Below are positions 27,153-35,186 of a DNA stretch of 39,932 nucleotides, one piece after another. The notes under the pieces were generated by a model. It saw only the letters and a program-made list of their open reading frames with translations. It ran no database searches and was not told the origin of the DNA. A program made the position numbers and the translations under genes. The stretch is from assembly GCA_944381265.1 (NCBI GenBank), contig CALWKN010000134.1, forward strand, positions 1-39,932. Direction: 5' to 3'. How positions within the stretch are numbered: position 1 is the first letter of the stretch; each line of letters starts with the position of its first letter. This stretch comes from an uncultured Clostridia bacterium (GTDB taxonomy: Bacteria > Bacillota > Clostridia > Christensenellales > UBA1750).

Positions 27153-28589
27153 TTACAAAACGAGCTGTACGCCCCAATACACAGCGATGACGACAAAGAA
27201 AACACCATTGGCAAACTTTATGACCGGCATCATTTTTCTTGCAGTTTCCGTCAGTTCAAATACCTGCTTACCGCAAACGGCAAGGAAGGCCAGGGCGCAC
27301 ATCGGAAGCGAAAGCCCAACGATATACACCAGCAATACGGCGAAAGACGCTATCTGCGCTTCTGCCATCACGATCAAGCCCGCCAAAGTGACCTGTCCTG
27401 TGCAGAAGAACTCGCCCCCTGCCATGAGCACGCCAGCGCCAACGAGCAAGGGCAGCAGCCACTTTCCCTGAACTCCCTGCACGCGGGAAAGGAAGCGCTG
27501 GTTAATGCTGCGGAGCTTTGCCGGGAGTTGCAAATGTATGCGCCCATAGCGTTCCGCGCGTGCCTGAAAGAAATCACCGAAGTTAAGCAGCGCCAACGCA
27601 AGACTGAGCAAGAGCAGCATAATCTGCAGCCCTTTCATCCATCCACTGATTTGGATCGTCTGGACGATGCCCGCGAAACAGAGGAAGGCGGTGCAGATCG
27701 CCGTATACATCAGGCCGCGGCCCAAAATATAGGCCAGATAGAAGCGAAAAGGACGCTGCATCTGCAGACCGGCGATCAGAAAGAAGAACAGCGACAACGA
27801 GCATGGGTTAAGTCCCGCAAGCAGGCCTGCGCCCAAAGCGGAAAGCAGACTCAGAGGCGCTGTATCCGCTTCATTGTGCAGCTCCGGATAGTGAAAGCCC
27901 TGCAGCGCCCCCGTAGAAAGCAATTGCGGCAGATTCTCTTCGATAGCCTCTACGCCGGACAGGTATCCTCCGGCATAGAACAAAATGGGGACCTGTCTTG
28001 CCTCCGCTGGCACTTCCCACTGAGAAAAACAGGCTTCCAGCAGGGCAAGGCCATTGGGCTCCAGTATGCTGTATGACTCACACTGGAGTGCTGGATTATC
28101 GCTCTTGAACTGATTGAGCCATGCGCTGGTTCGGCTGCAATCTATGCAGGGCGAAGTGTAGAAATACAGTGCAACTTCAGCGTCAGGATCCGGATCGGGC
28201 GGCAGCTGATCCGCTTGAAGATCGGACTCCTGCGATGGCAGAGAAAAAACGAGGCTTTGTGCAATGGCATCTTTTCCAGAAATATACGTATCGCCTATAA
28301 AGAGCGCGGGCAAGACGCGTTCCGCTTCCGACACGCCCAAGCGATCGCAGCGTTCAAGGAAATCCTCTCGGCCCGTCTGCGCGGTGTTTTCCACGGTAAG
28401 CACATAAGGGGTGTGATTTAGCGCAGGGGCATATTGCTCAAAAAGCTCATAGAACTCGCGGTCCTCATGGCAAGATGCGCAATACGACTCGTAATAATAC
28501 GCGATTTGTAATTTCTCAGGTGCACAGCCCTGAAGGCATAACACGAATATACAAAAGAAGCACAGGCAAAGCAAACGCAGTGTTTTCAT
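27153..28589 (-). CDS. Exported tandem CXXC (glutaredoxin/thioredoxin-like) domains fused to a six-TM DsbD/CcdA-like membrane domain
   Basis: N-terminal signal/lipobox-like VLCLQGC. CASC at aa 37-40 and CIDC at aa 148-151. Each CXXC is followed ~60 aa later by a LF(I/Y)-G-x-Y(I/L)SG motif. The C-terminal half has six hydrophobic helices with GLNPCSL and EFFCTGQV cysteines. Confidence 0.8.
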   Translation of the reverse strand: MKTLRLLCLCFFCIFVLCLQGCAPEKLQIAYYYESYCASCHEDREFYELFEQYAPALNHTPYVLTVENTAQTGREDFLERCDRLGVSEAERVLPALFIGDTYISGKDAIAQSLVFSLPSQESDLQADQLPPDPDPDAEVALYFYTSPCIDCSRTSAWLNQFKSDNPALQCESYSILEPNGLALLEACFSQWEVPAEARQVPILFYAGGYLSGVEAIEENLPQLLSTGALQGFHYPELHNEADTAPLSLLSALGAGLLAGLNPCSLSLFFFLIAGLQMQRPFRFYLAYILGRGLMYTAICTAFLCFAGIVQTIQISGWMKGLQIMLLLLSLALALLNFGDFFQARAERYGRIHLQLPAKLRSINQRFLSRVQGVQGKWLLPLLVGAGVLMAGGEFFCTGQVTLAGLIVMAEAQIASFAVLLVYIVGLSLPMCALAFLAVCGKQVFELTETARKMMPVIKFANGVFFVVIAVYWGVQLVL

Positions 28590-28668
28590 ATGTCTTTAAA
28601 ATTCAGGGCCCCGGGAGGAATCGCCCAATACAGCTATCATCCGGGGCCCACAAGCAAGTTGAAGAGGG

Positions 28669-30384
28669 TTACTTTGTTATGGACGAATTGAGTTCATCCA
28701 GGACATTCTGCACAACAGGGCGATTGGCCTCGACCCAGGCGTTGAAATTGGCTTCGATGTCGCCATCTGCCACAACCAGCGCCGAGAGTTCATCGCCATA
28801 ATCCATGGAAGAAACAAACTTGTCGTAGTACGTGCCGGAGAAGAGCTGCAGATCCCAGTCAATGGGGCGGATTTTGCCTTCAGCCTTGATGGCAAACGTT
28901 GCGTTGACGGCATCGCGGATCTCCACAGGCAGTGCGGGGTCTTCCAAAGAGAAGCCATCGGTGCAGACCGTCATGCACTCTAGGAAGTTTCCAAGGGAAG
29001 GATAGATGCTGCCGATCGAGGGCCAGGAACCGCTTTCATTCTGCGGGCGGAGGATCTCCATATTCCCTTCGTCGTCATACCCCCAATCCTGACCGTAGAT
29101 GCCAAGGCGAAGCAGGTACTGACCAGGATCCGAAGAAATCCAATCGAGCATCTGGAGGAAACGGGTCAACTTTTCGTCGGAGAGAGAGGGGCTGAAGATC
29201 GTGCCGCCCCAGTAATTCGTGGTTTCGGAGTTATAGGCGATTCCATCGTCCGCAACACTTGCGGCGTAGTGGAGGTTGGCGCCATCGTTGCCCTCCACAC
29301 TGACAAACTGGTTATAGGTGCCGAACGTGCACATGCCCGTTCCGCAGTCAAACACAGCAGCGGCCAGTCCAGAAGCCAGGTTGGAAGAAGGATTGCGGTT
29401 GGTGGAAATATAGAACTCCTTATGCAGAACGCCCTTATTCCAAGCCTCCTGCATCACGCGCAGGCCTTCCAGAGTTGAGGGATCCTCCGCGCCCCAGACG
29501 TACTGGCCCTTTTCCTCATCGAAGTAGAAGGTGTCGTAATAGGGATTGTAGGGCTGTACGAAAATCTGGCACAGGTAGTTCAGGTGTGTCGAATCGATGC
29601 CAAACGTCTGGCCGGGGATTGCTCCGGGGAGGTCCGTAGCGGCTGCCACCTGAGAGCAGAAGTCAATCAGTTCCGACGGCGTATAGCGGTCTTTGATCTC
29701 AAAGCCAAGCGCCTGCAGCCAATCCTTGCGCAGGACCAGCATCTGGTGTCCGACGAGCGGATCGGTGGGCGGATCGCGATACACGACTCGCGGGAGGATG
29801 TAGAGCCCACCGAAACGCTCAACAAACTGGTTGGAGATCTCCGTGCGCTCCAGAACATTGTTGAGCATGGGGTAGTTCTCTGCGAAGTTCTCCATCGGGA
29901 TCTCACGAATGAGTCCCTGGTCCACATAGTTGCTCAGGTCTGCATAGTTGATGTTGTAGAACATGACATCGGGCATATCGCCGGAATTGATCCAGATGCG
30001 CATGGTCTCATCCCAGTTGTCCCACGTCAGGTTCGTCGCTTCTTCAAAGCGGAAATTAAACTTGTTTTCGATTGTGCACATGATGTCGTCGCACTGGCTG
30101 AAGTCCTGCACTTCTGTGGACATGCCAACGCCGGCATAGGTATAGCTGAACTGTTCCTGCTGGCTGTAATCGACATTTGCGTACAGTCCGCCGTCGGTCG
30201 TCGGGTCGATGCCAGGGTTCAAAGCGGCGCTGTCAGCCGGTTCTGTTCCCGCAGACTGCGCGGGATCACTCGGGGACTCGCCGCCAGAATCACTGGGCTG
30301 CGAGGATGTCTGCGAGGGGGTGCACCCAACTGTGGCGAGGAGCAGTAGCATCGCCAAAGCCGCTGCTAGGATTCGTTTACGCAT
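28669..30384 (-). CDS. Extracellular solute-binding lipoprotein (large LplA-type SBP), island copy
   Basis: MRKRILAAALAMLLLLATVGC lipobox and a Ser/Pro-rich linker. AAGGAGG RBS precedes ATG 30384. 571 aa. Confidence 0.9.
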   Translation of the reverse strand: MRKRILAAALAMLLLLATVGCTPSQTSSQPSDSGGESPSDPAQSAGTEPADSAALNPGIDPTTDGGLYANVDYSQQEQFSYTYAGVGMSTEVQDFSQCDDIMCTIENKFNFRFEEATNLTWDNWDETMRIWINSGDMPDVMFYNINYADLSNYVDQGLIREIPMENFAENYPMLNNVLERTEISNQFVERFGGLYILPRVVYRDPPTDPLVGHQMLVLRKDWLQALGFEIKDRYTPSELIDFCSQVAAATDLPGAIPGQTFGIDSTHLNYLCQIFVQPYNPYYDTFYFDEEKGQYVWGAEDPSTLEGLRVMQEAWNKGVLHKEFYISTNRNPSSNLASGLAAAVFDCGTGMCTFGTYNQFVSVEGNDGANLHYAASVADDGIAYNSETTNYWGGTIFSPSLSDEKLTRFLQMLDWISSDPGQYLLRLGIYGQDWGYDDEGNMEILRPQNESGSWPSIGSIYPSLGNFLECMTVCTDGFSLEDPALPVEIRDAVNATFAIKAEGKIRPIDWDLQLFSGTYYDKFVSSMDYGDELSALVVADGDIEANFNAWVEANRPVVQNVLDELNSSITK

Positions 30385-30430
30385 ATTGGTTCCTCCTTTT
30401 TTATTTCGGGCTCGACCCGAAAGAATACGC

Positions 30431-31348
30431 TTACGCTTTGATCGCACCGATCAACATGCCTTTGACAAAATACTTCTGCAGGAAGGGATAGACACACATC
30501 ACCGGCAGCATTGTCAGTATAATCGCGGCCATCTTCATGCCTTTAACGGGCTTGAGCGCCTGTGCAAGGTCTGCCGCGCCGCTCCCGCTCTGCCCGCCGG
30601 ACGTTGCAATCTGCGCCTGCATGACGATGTTCCTGAGCACGATTTGAAGCGGCTTCATATCGTTTTTCCGCAAGAACAGCATGGGATTATACCATTCGTT
30701 CCAGCGGTCGACCAGACAGAACAACGCGATCGTGGCCAGAATCGGCAGGGAAAGCGGCAAGATAATGCGCAAAAAGATGGTAAATTCCGACGCTCCGTCA
30801 ATTCGCGCGCTCTCCCTGAGCGCAGCCGGGATGGAAAGAAAGTAGTTGCGTGTGATGATGAGATAAAAGGTATTGCACCCCGACGCGAGCACTACCGACC
30901 ACAGCGTGTTCATCAGGTTGAGCTCTTTGATAACCAAATAGAGCGGCACGATTCCGCCATTGAAGAGCATGGTAATCAAAACATAGAGGATAAAAAGCTT
31001 CTTTCCGGGGAAAGTGTCCTTACTCAGAGCATAGGCGGTCAGCGTGATCAGGAAAAGATTTATGGGCAGCGCCAAAGCCACGAGGGAGAGCGTCGTGCGG
31101 TAACCAATTCCAATTGAACCGCCGCCGAGGAGATCGATATAGCTTTGCAACGTAGGCTCCTGGGGGAAGAGCAAAAAGGGAGTGCGCGTGTATTCCACCA
31201 TAGGAGAGATGGAAACGATCACGACATTGTAAAACGGGATCAGTATGAGCAGCGCGCCCAATGTCACGATGATATATATAATGACTGTAAATAGGTCAAT
31301 CTCTCTTTTCTTCTTTCGCGTAGATACGTTTTGCGTCGCATTTTTCAT
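30431..31348 (-). CDS. Sugar ABC transporter permease (LplC-type), island copy
   Basis: Multi-TM. Loop LRESARIDGASEFTIFLRIILPLSLP. AAAGGAGG RBS precedes ATG 31348. Confidence 0.9.
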   Translation of the reverse strand: MKNATQNVSTRKKKREIDLFTVIIYIIVTLGALLILIPFYNVVIVSISPMVEYTRTPFLLFPQEPTLQSYIDLLGGGSIGIGYRTTLSLVALALPINLFLITLTAYALSKDTFPGKKLFILYVLITMLFNGGIVPLYLVIKELNLMNTLWSVVLASGCNTFYLIITRNYFLSIPAALRESARIDGASEFTIFLRIILPLSLPILATIALFCLVDRWNEWYNPMLFLRKNDMKPLQIVLRNIVMQAQIATSGGQSGSGAADLAQALKPVKGMKMAAIILTMLPVMCVYPFLQKYFVKGMLIGAIKA

Positions 31349-31385
31349 GCCAAGTACCTCCTTTTCAAAAAGTTTCAGAAACCTC

Positions 31386-32348
31386 TCACTCAAACAGGCC
31401 GTTATCCGTCAGGCGCTTTGAGCTGAAGTTCGCCAGGATCACCAGAAGGAAATTCACCAATGATTTCATAAGAGAGATGGCAGTCGAGAAGGAAAAGTCT
31501 GCGCTAGCTTGAAATGTGATTCGGTAAATATAGGTGTCCAATACATCCAAGCTCTCTTCCACCGCAGGGTTGCTCAGATTAAAGATCTGGTCAAATCCGG
31601 CATTCATCATGTTGCCTATCTGCAGGATCAGCATCACAGAGATGGTCGGCAGGAGACTGGGCAGCGTGATATAGATCATCTGTTGGAATCGGGAAGCTCC
31701 GTCAATCGTTGCTGCTTCATACTGCTCGGAATCGATCCCGGCGATGGCGGCTAGATAGATGATAGAAGACCACCCGGCACTCTTCCAGATATTGGTGACG
31801 AAGAGAAGCACAAACATCGAGGTGGAGCTGCTTAGGAAATTGACCTCTTCGCCGCCCAGGGAAACGATCAAGCCATTCACCAAGCCCGAGGATTCAAAGA
31901 CATTGATCATTACGCCGGCAACAACTACCCACGAAAGGAAATTGGGGAATGTGTATATCGTCTGTAATGCTTTTTGATATCCTTTGCGGCGTATCTCTCC
32001 CAAAAGCAGAGCAAGAATAATTGGGACGGGGAATTCCACCAAAATGCGCACCGCACTGATGATCAGTGTATTGATAAGCGCCTGGAAGAACGCGGGATCG
32101 TTGAAGACGTATTCATAGTTGCTCAGACCAACCCATGGGCTTCCCAAGATGCCAAGGTTTGCCTTATAGGACTTAAAGGCAAGCGTAAGTCCGCCCATTG
32201 GCATATAGCAAAAGATAAAGTACCATACCAGCCCGGGAAGGAGGAGGACATATGTCTCCCAATTGCGGAGTATGCGGCGGTGCAGGGGGATGGGTCTTCG
32301 ATGAGGTGCTACAGATGGGATTCGCTTGGATGCAGACAGCATAATCAT
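31386..32348 (-). CDS. Sugar ABC transporter permease (LplB-type), island copy
   Basis: Multi-TM. Loop YEAATIDGASRFQQMIYITLPSL. AGAGGAGG RBS. The start is ATG 32348 or 32342. Confidence 0.9.
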   Translation of the reverse strand: MIMLSASKRIPSVAPHRRPIPLHRRILRNWETYVLLLPGLVWYFIFCYMPMGGLTLAFKSYKANLGILGSPWVGLSNYEYVFNDPAFFQALINTLIISAVRILVEFPVPIILALLLGEIRRKGYQKALQTIYTFPNFLSWVVVAGVMINVFESSGLVNGLIVSLGGEEVNFLSSSTSMFVLLFVTNIWKSAGWSSIIYLAAIAGIDSEQYEAATIDGASRFQQMIYITLPSLLPTISVMLILQIGNMMNAGFDQIFNLSNPAVEESLDVLDTYIYRITFQASADFSFSTAISLMKSLVNFLLVILANFSSKRLTDNGLFE

Positions 32349-32510
32349 TCGGCCTCCTCTTTTCTTTTTTCTGCAAATCACTTCTTAACAAAACGGTCTG
32401 GAACGCTCCACTGGACTTAACAAAAGCATCGCACATTAGACACTCACTTGCAATTCGTTTCTCTGGTGTAATTGTGTGGATTTCTTTCCAGCGCCATGAC
32501 TTTTTCACAA

Positions 32511-32536
32511 AAATCCGCAGGCAATCCTGTGGATTT
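32511..32536. promoter_or_regulatory. Imperfect inverted repeat AAATCCGCAG-N6-CTGTGGATTT in the divergent ABC/oxidoreductase intergenic region
   Basis: Read directly: 9 of 10 arm positions are complementary. A third copy of TGTGGATTTC lies at 32475-32484. Confidence 0.3.
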
Positions 32537-32642
32537 CGCAGAAGAAAGAAAAGCGCATATTGAAAACAGAAGAAAGAATTGTCATATGTTTTCCTGTGCT
32601 TCATACTGTATTTACATTAACCTCACAAAGGAGTGAACAGGC

Positions 32643-33767
32643 ATGACGTATCCCAAACTTCGAGTAGCTGTTATCGGCAACGGAATGATCGCCAACGCCG
32701 CCCACATTCCTGCCTACCGAAACCTCTCCGACCGCGTAGAAATTGTCGCTGTTGCCGATACGCGGCTGCAAGCAGCCCAAGAAACTGCAGCACGCTACGG
32801 CATTGCCAAATGGTATGACGACCCGCAGCAAATGCTGGATGAAGTGCATCCGGACTGGGTTTCCGTCTGCACGCCAAACAACTACCACAAGCATTGGTCC
32901 ATCCAGGCGCTGCGCGCGGGCGCGCATGTGCTCTGCGAAAAGCCCATTGCCCTGCGTCTCCAAGATGCACAGGAAATCTATGCCGAGGCGGATCGAGCGG
33001 GAAAGCTGTTTTTCCCCTGTCAGTCCATGCGCTTCTCTTCCGATATTCAGGCAGCCAAGAAGATCTTCGACAGCGGACGGCTGGGAGAAGTGTACTTCTC
33101 CGACATCGAAATCATTCGCAGGCGCGGAGTTCCGACCTGGGGCATGTTCCACATGAAGAAGCACAACTTCGGCGGGCCTTTCTGCGATCTGGGCGTGCAC
33201 TTTTTGGACAGCGCGCTGTATATTCTTGGCTCTCCCAAGATGCACTCCGTATCGGGCGGCGCCTTCTGCAAAATTGCAAATCTCGGAGAGAACGTGGAGA
33301 CTTCTCTTGCTGACAGCGGCGCGCCGGCCGGAACCTTTACTCCGCGTCCGTACGACTACCATGAATTTGACGTAGAAGATTTCTCCGCCGGTTCGATGAT
33401 CTTCGAGAACAACATGATATTGAACTTCAAGTTCTCCTGGGCTGTAAACCTTCCCAATGGTGGACACATGGACTTTGCGGGTGACAAAGGCGGAATGCGC
33501 GCGTCTCCCCTGCAAATCTGGACGAACCTGGATGGCTATCAAGTAGATGTAAAACCGCACACATACGCGATGAGCCAATACCAGAATGTGCCCTTCTCCG
33601 GTCACTGGTACATGATTGAGCACATTGAGCGCTGCATCCGCGGCGAGGAAGAATATCTGGTCAAGCGGGAAGAAGCGTTGAATATTTGCGCGATCATAGA
33701 GGCGTTCTACCTGTCCGCTGAGAAAAAGCGCCCCGTTCTCATTCAGGAACTCCAGAGTATGGAATAA
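32643..33767 (+). CDS. Gfo/Idh/MocA family oxidoreductase (paralog 2)
   Basis: LRVAVIGNGMIA Rossmann N-terminus and VLCEKPIA motif. AAAGGAG RBS. 374 aa. Confidence 0.9.
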   Translation: MTYPKLRVAVIGNGMIANAAHIPAYRNLSDRVEIVAVADTRLQAAQETAARYGIAKWYDDPQQMLDEVHPDWVSVCTPNNYHKHWSIQALRAGAHVLCEKPIALRLQDAQEIYAEADRAGKLFFPCQSMRFSSDIQAAKKIFDSGRLGEVYFSDIEIIRRRGVPTWGMFHMKKHNFGGPFCDLGVHFLDSALYILGSPKMHSVSGGAFCKIANLGENVETSLADSGAPAGTFTPRPYDYHEFDVEDFSAGSMIFENNMILNFKFSWAVNLPNGGHMDFAGDKGGMRASPLQIWTNLDGYQVDVKPHTYAMSQYQNVPFSGHWYMIEHIERCIRGEEEYLVKREEALNICAIIEAFYLSAEKKRPVLIQELQSME

Positions 33768-33783
33768 AAACAGCAAAGAAAGG

Positions 33784-34911
33784 ATGAGGAATATGAAGAA
33801 GGAACTCTACAAAATCGGAATTATCGGCTTTGGCCATATGCACATCAACGACGTTGCCAAACACTTTGTCGATCATCCGCGTACACAGATCGTGGCTTGC
33901 TGCGACCTGCCTCCAGCCGTTCCGGAGATACGGGTTGCGCCGTATACCCGTGCGTGGAATTTGCAGCATGCAGTTGAAAATTTCGGAAATCCAAAGGTTT
34001 ACACGGATTACAGGCAAATGCTCAAAGAAGAAGATCTGGATCTGGCCATCGTCACGACGGAAGTTGTGAATCATCGCAAAGTGGTCATTGATTGTCTGCG
34101 TGCCGGTGTGGGTGTGAGCATTGAAAAACCCATGGCAATGAACCTCTCCGATGCTCTGGCGATGGTTCGAGAGGCGGAAGAAACGCATTCCCTGTTGTTT
34201 GTGAATTGGCCTGTCGCATGGTCTGCGGCCGCCTACAAATTAAAGGAACTCGCCGACAGCGGAGTTATTGGGAAAATCCTTGAGATGAAATACCGTACCG
34301 GGCACTCCGGACCCTTGGGACCTGGTGCCAAGCATGCCGGCGTTTCCGAAACCGCCCAGCCCATGACCGGATATGAGCGCGCGCAGACCTGGTGGCACCA
34401 GGCGCGCATGGGCGGCGGCGCGATGCTTGACTATTGCTGCTACGGGAGCCTGCTGAGTCATTGGTACATTCCTCAACCCGCAGTTGCTGTAATGGGCCTG
34501 CGCGCGAATTTGGACAGCCAGTATGGCGATGCAGACGATAATGCCGCCATGATCGTGCGCTTCCCCAATGCCATAGCACTTCTCGAGGGGACATGGAGCA
34601 CGTTCCATCACGGCATTCCCTGCGGACCGGTACTGTATGGCAGCAAGGGAACATTGGTGGAAAACTGGGATGCAATCAAGGTGTTCCCCGCGGAGGGAGA
34701 AGCCTATGACGTTCCCGTCGAACCTCTGGCGGAAGCCTGGAAGGACGTCGCTTGTGCCTATGTAACGCACATGGATACGCGCCAGCCTCTTCCGCTGCCG
34801 CTGGATATGTATTTCAATTTAGAGGCCATGGCCATACTGGATGCCGGCATACGCTCTGCTGAAAGTGGGCGCATGGAACTCATTCAGAATCGTGCCTGGA
34901 ACATTGGGTAA
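33784..34911 (+). CDS. Gfo/Idh/MocA family oxidoreductase (paralog 3)
   Basis: YKIGIIGFGHMH N-terminus and SIEKPMA motif. 375 aa. ATG 33793 is an alternative start. Confidence 0.9.
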   Translation: MRNMKKELYKIGIIGFGHMHINDVAKHFVDHPRTQIVACCDLPPAVPEIRVAPYTRAWNLQHAVENFGNPKVYTDYRQMLKEEDLDLAIVTTEVVNHRKVVIDCLRAGVGVSIEKPMAMNLSDALAMVREAEETHSLLFVNWPVAWSAAAYKLKELADSGVIGKILEMKYRTGHSGPLGPGAKHAGVSETAQPMTGYERAQTWWHQARMGGGAMLDYCCYGSLLSHWYIPQPAVAVMGLRANLDSQYGDADDNAAMIVRFPNAIALLEGTWSTFHHGIPCGPVLYGSKGTLVENWDAIKVFPAEGEAYDVPVEPLAEAWKDVACAYVTHMDTRQPLPLPLDMYFNLEAMAILDAGIRSAESGRMELIQNRAWNIG

Positions 34912-34915
34912 AGAA

Positions 34916-34947
34916 AAAGGAGTGCTTCAATAGAAGCAAGCTCCTTT
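34916..34947 (+). terminator. AT-richer hairpin directly after the last island gene
   Basis: AAAGGAGTGCTTC, AATA loop, GAAGCAAGCTCCTTT (2-nt bulge). There is no separate T-tract. Confidence 0.4.
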
Positions 34948-34954
34948 AAGAAGA

Positions 34955-34998
34955 GGGCGCGCAGGGGCTGTGAGGCCCTTGCGCGCCCTGGGTTTTTT
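34955..34998. terminator. GC-rich intrinsic terminator at the island/backbone junction
   Basis: GGGCGCGCAGGGGC (34955-34968) pairs with GGCCCTTGCGCGCCC (34974-34988), with T6 at 34993-34998 on the + strand. The reverse orientation could also serve the minus-strand ATPase operon. Confidence 0.65.
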
Positions 34999-35006
34999 CG
35001 CGGGCT

Positions 35007-35138
35007 TTAGTCGTCTTCCAGTATCAGCAGCGCCAGCGTCAGCAGCAGCGCGTCCTCCTCGCTCTCGCCGCTGCGGCTGAGATGGAGCAGGAGCAGCAGG
35101 AGCACCTGCCGGAGCTCCCGCGCGGAGATCTCCCCCAT
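35007..35138 (-). CDS. Small hypothetical ORF (43 aa) downstream of the ABC ATPase
   Basis: Hand-translated: MGEISARELRQVLLLLLLHLSRSGESEEDALLLTLALLILEDD. GGGAGGGGG RBS lies 5 nt before ATG 35138. It is too short for the supplied ORF track and I recognise no family. Confidence 0.35.
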   Translation of the reverse strand: MGEISARELRQVLLLLLLHLSRSGESEEDALLLTLALLILEDD

Positions 35139-35186
35139 GGCAACCCCCTCCCTTTGCCACAGTCTACGCCGGAGGGGGCGTTTTTG

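Noticed and set aside
27069-28076. 335-aa plus-strand ORF in the island
   Set aside because: It is antisense to the CcdA-like membrane protein. The translation is hydrophilic and Gln/Arg-rich, as expected opposite a hydrophobic gene. There is no RBS.
32601-33776. 391-aa minus-strand ORF
   Set aside because: It is antisense to Gfo/Idh/MocA paralog 2, which has the Rossmann and EKP motifs. No recognisable domain and no RBS.
34927-35160. 77-aa minus-strand ORF at the island junction
   Set aside because: The translation is Ala/Gly/Pro/Arg-rich and runs through the terminator hairpins, with no RBS. The 43-aa ORF in another frame (35007-35138) has the RBS and is listed instead, at low confidence.
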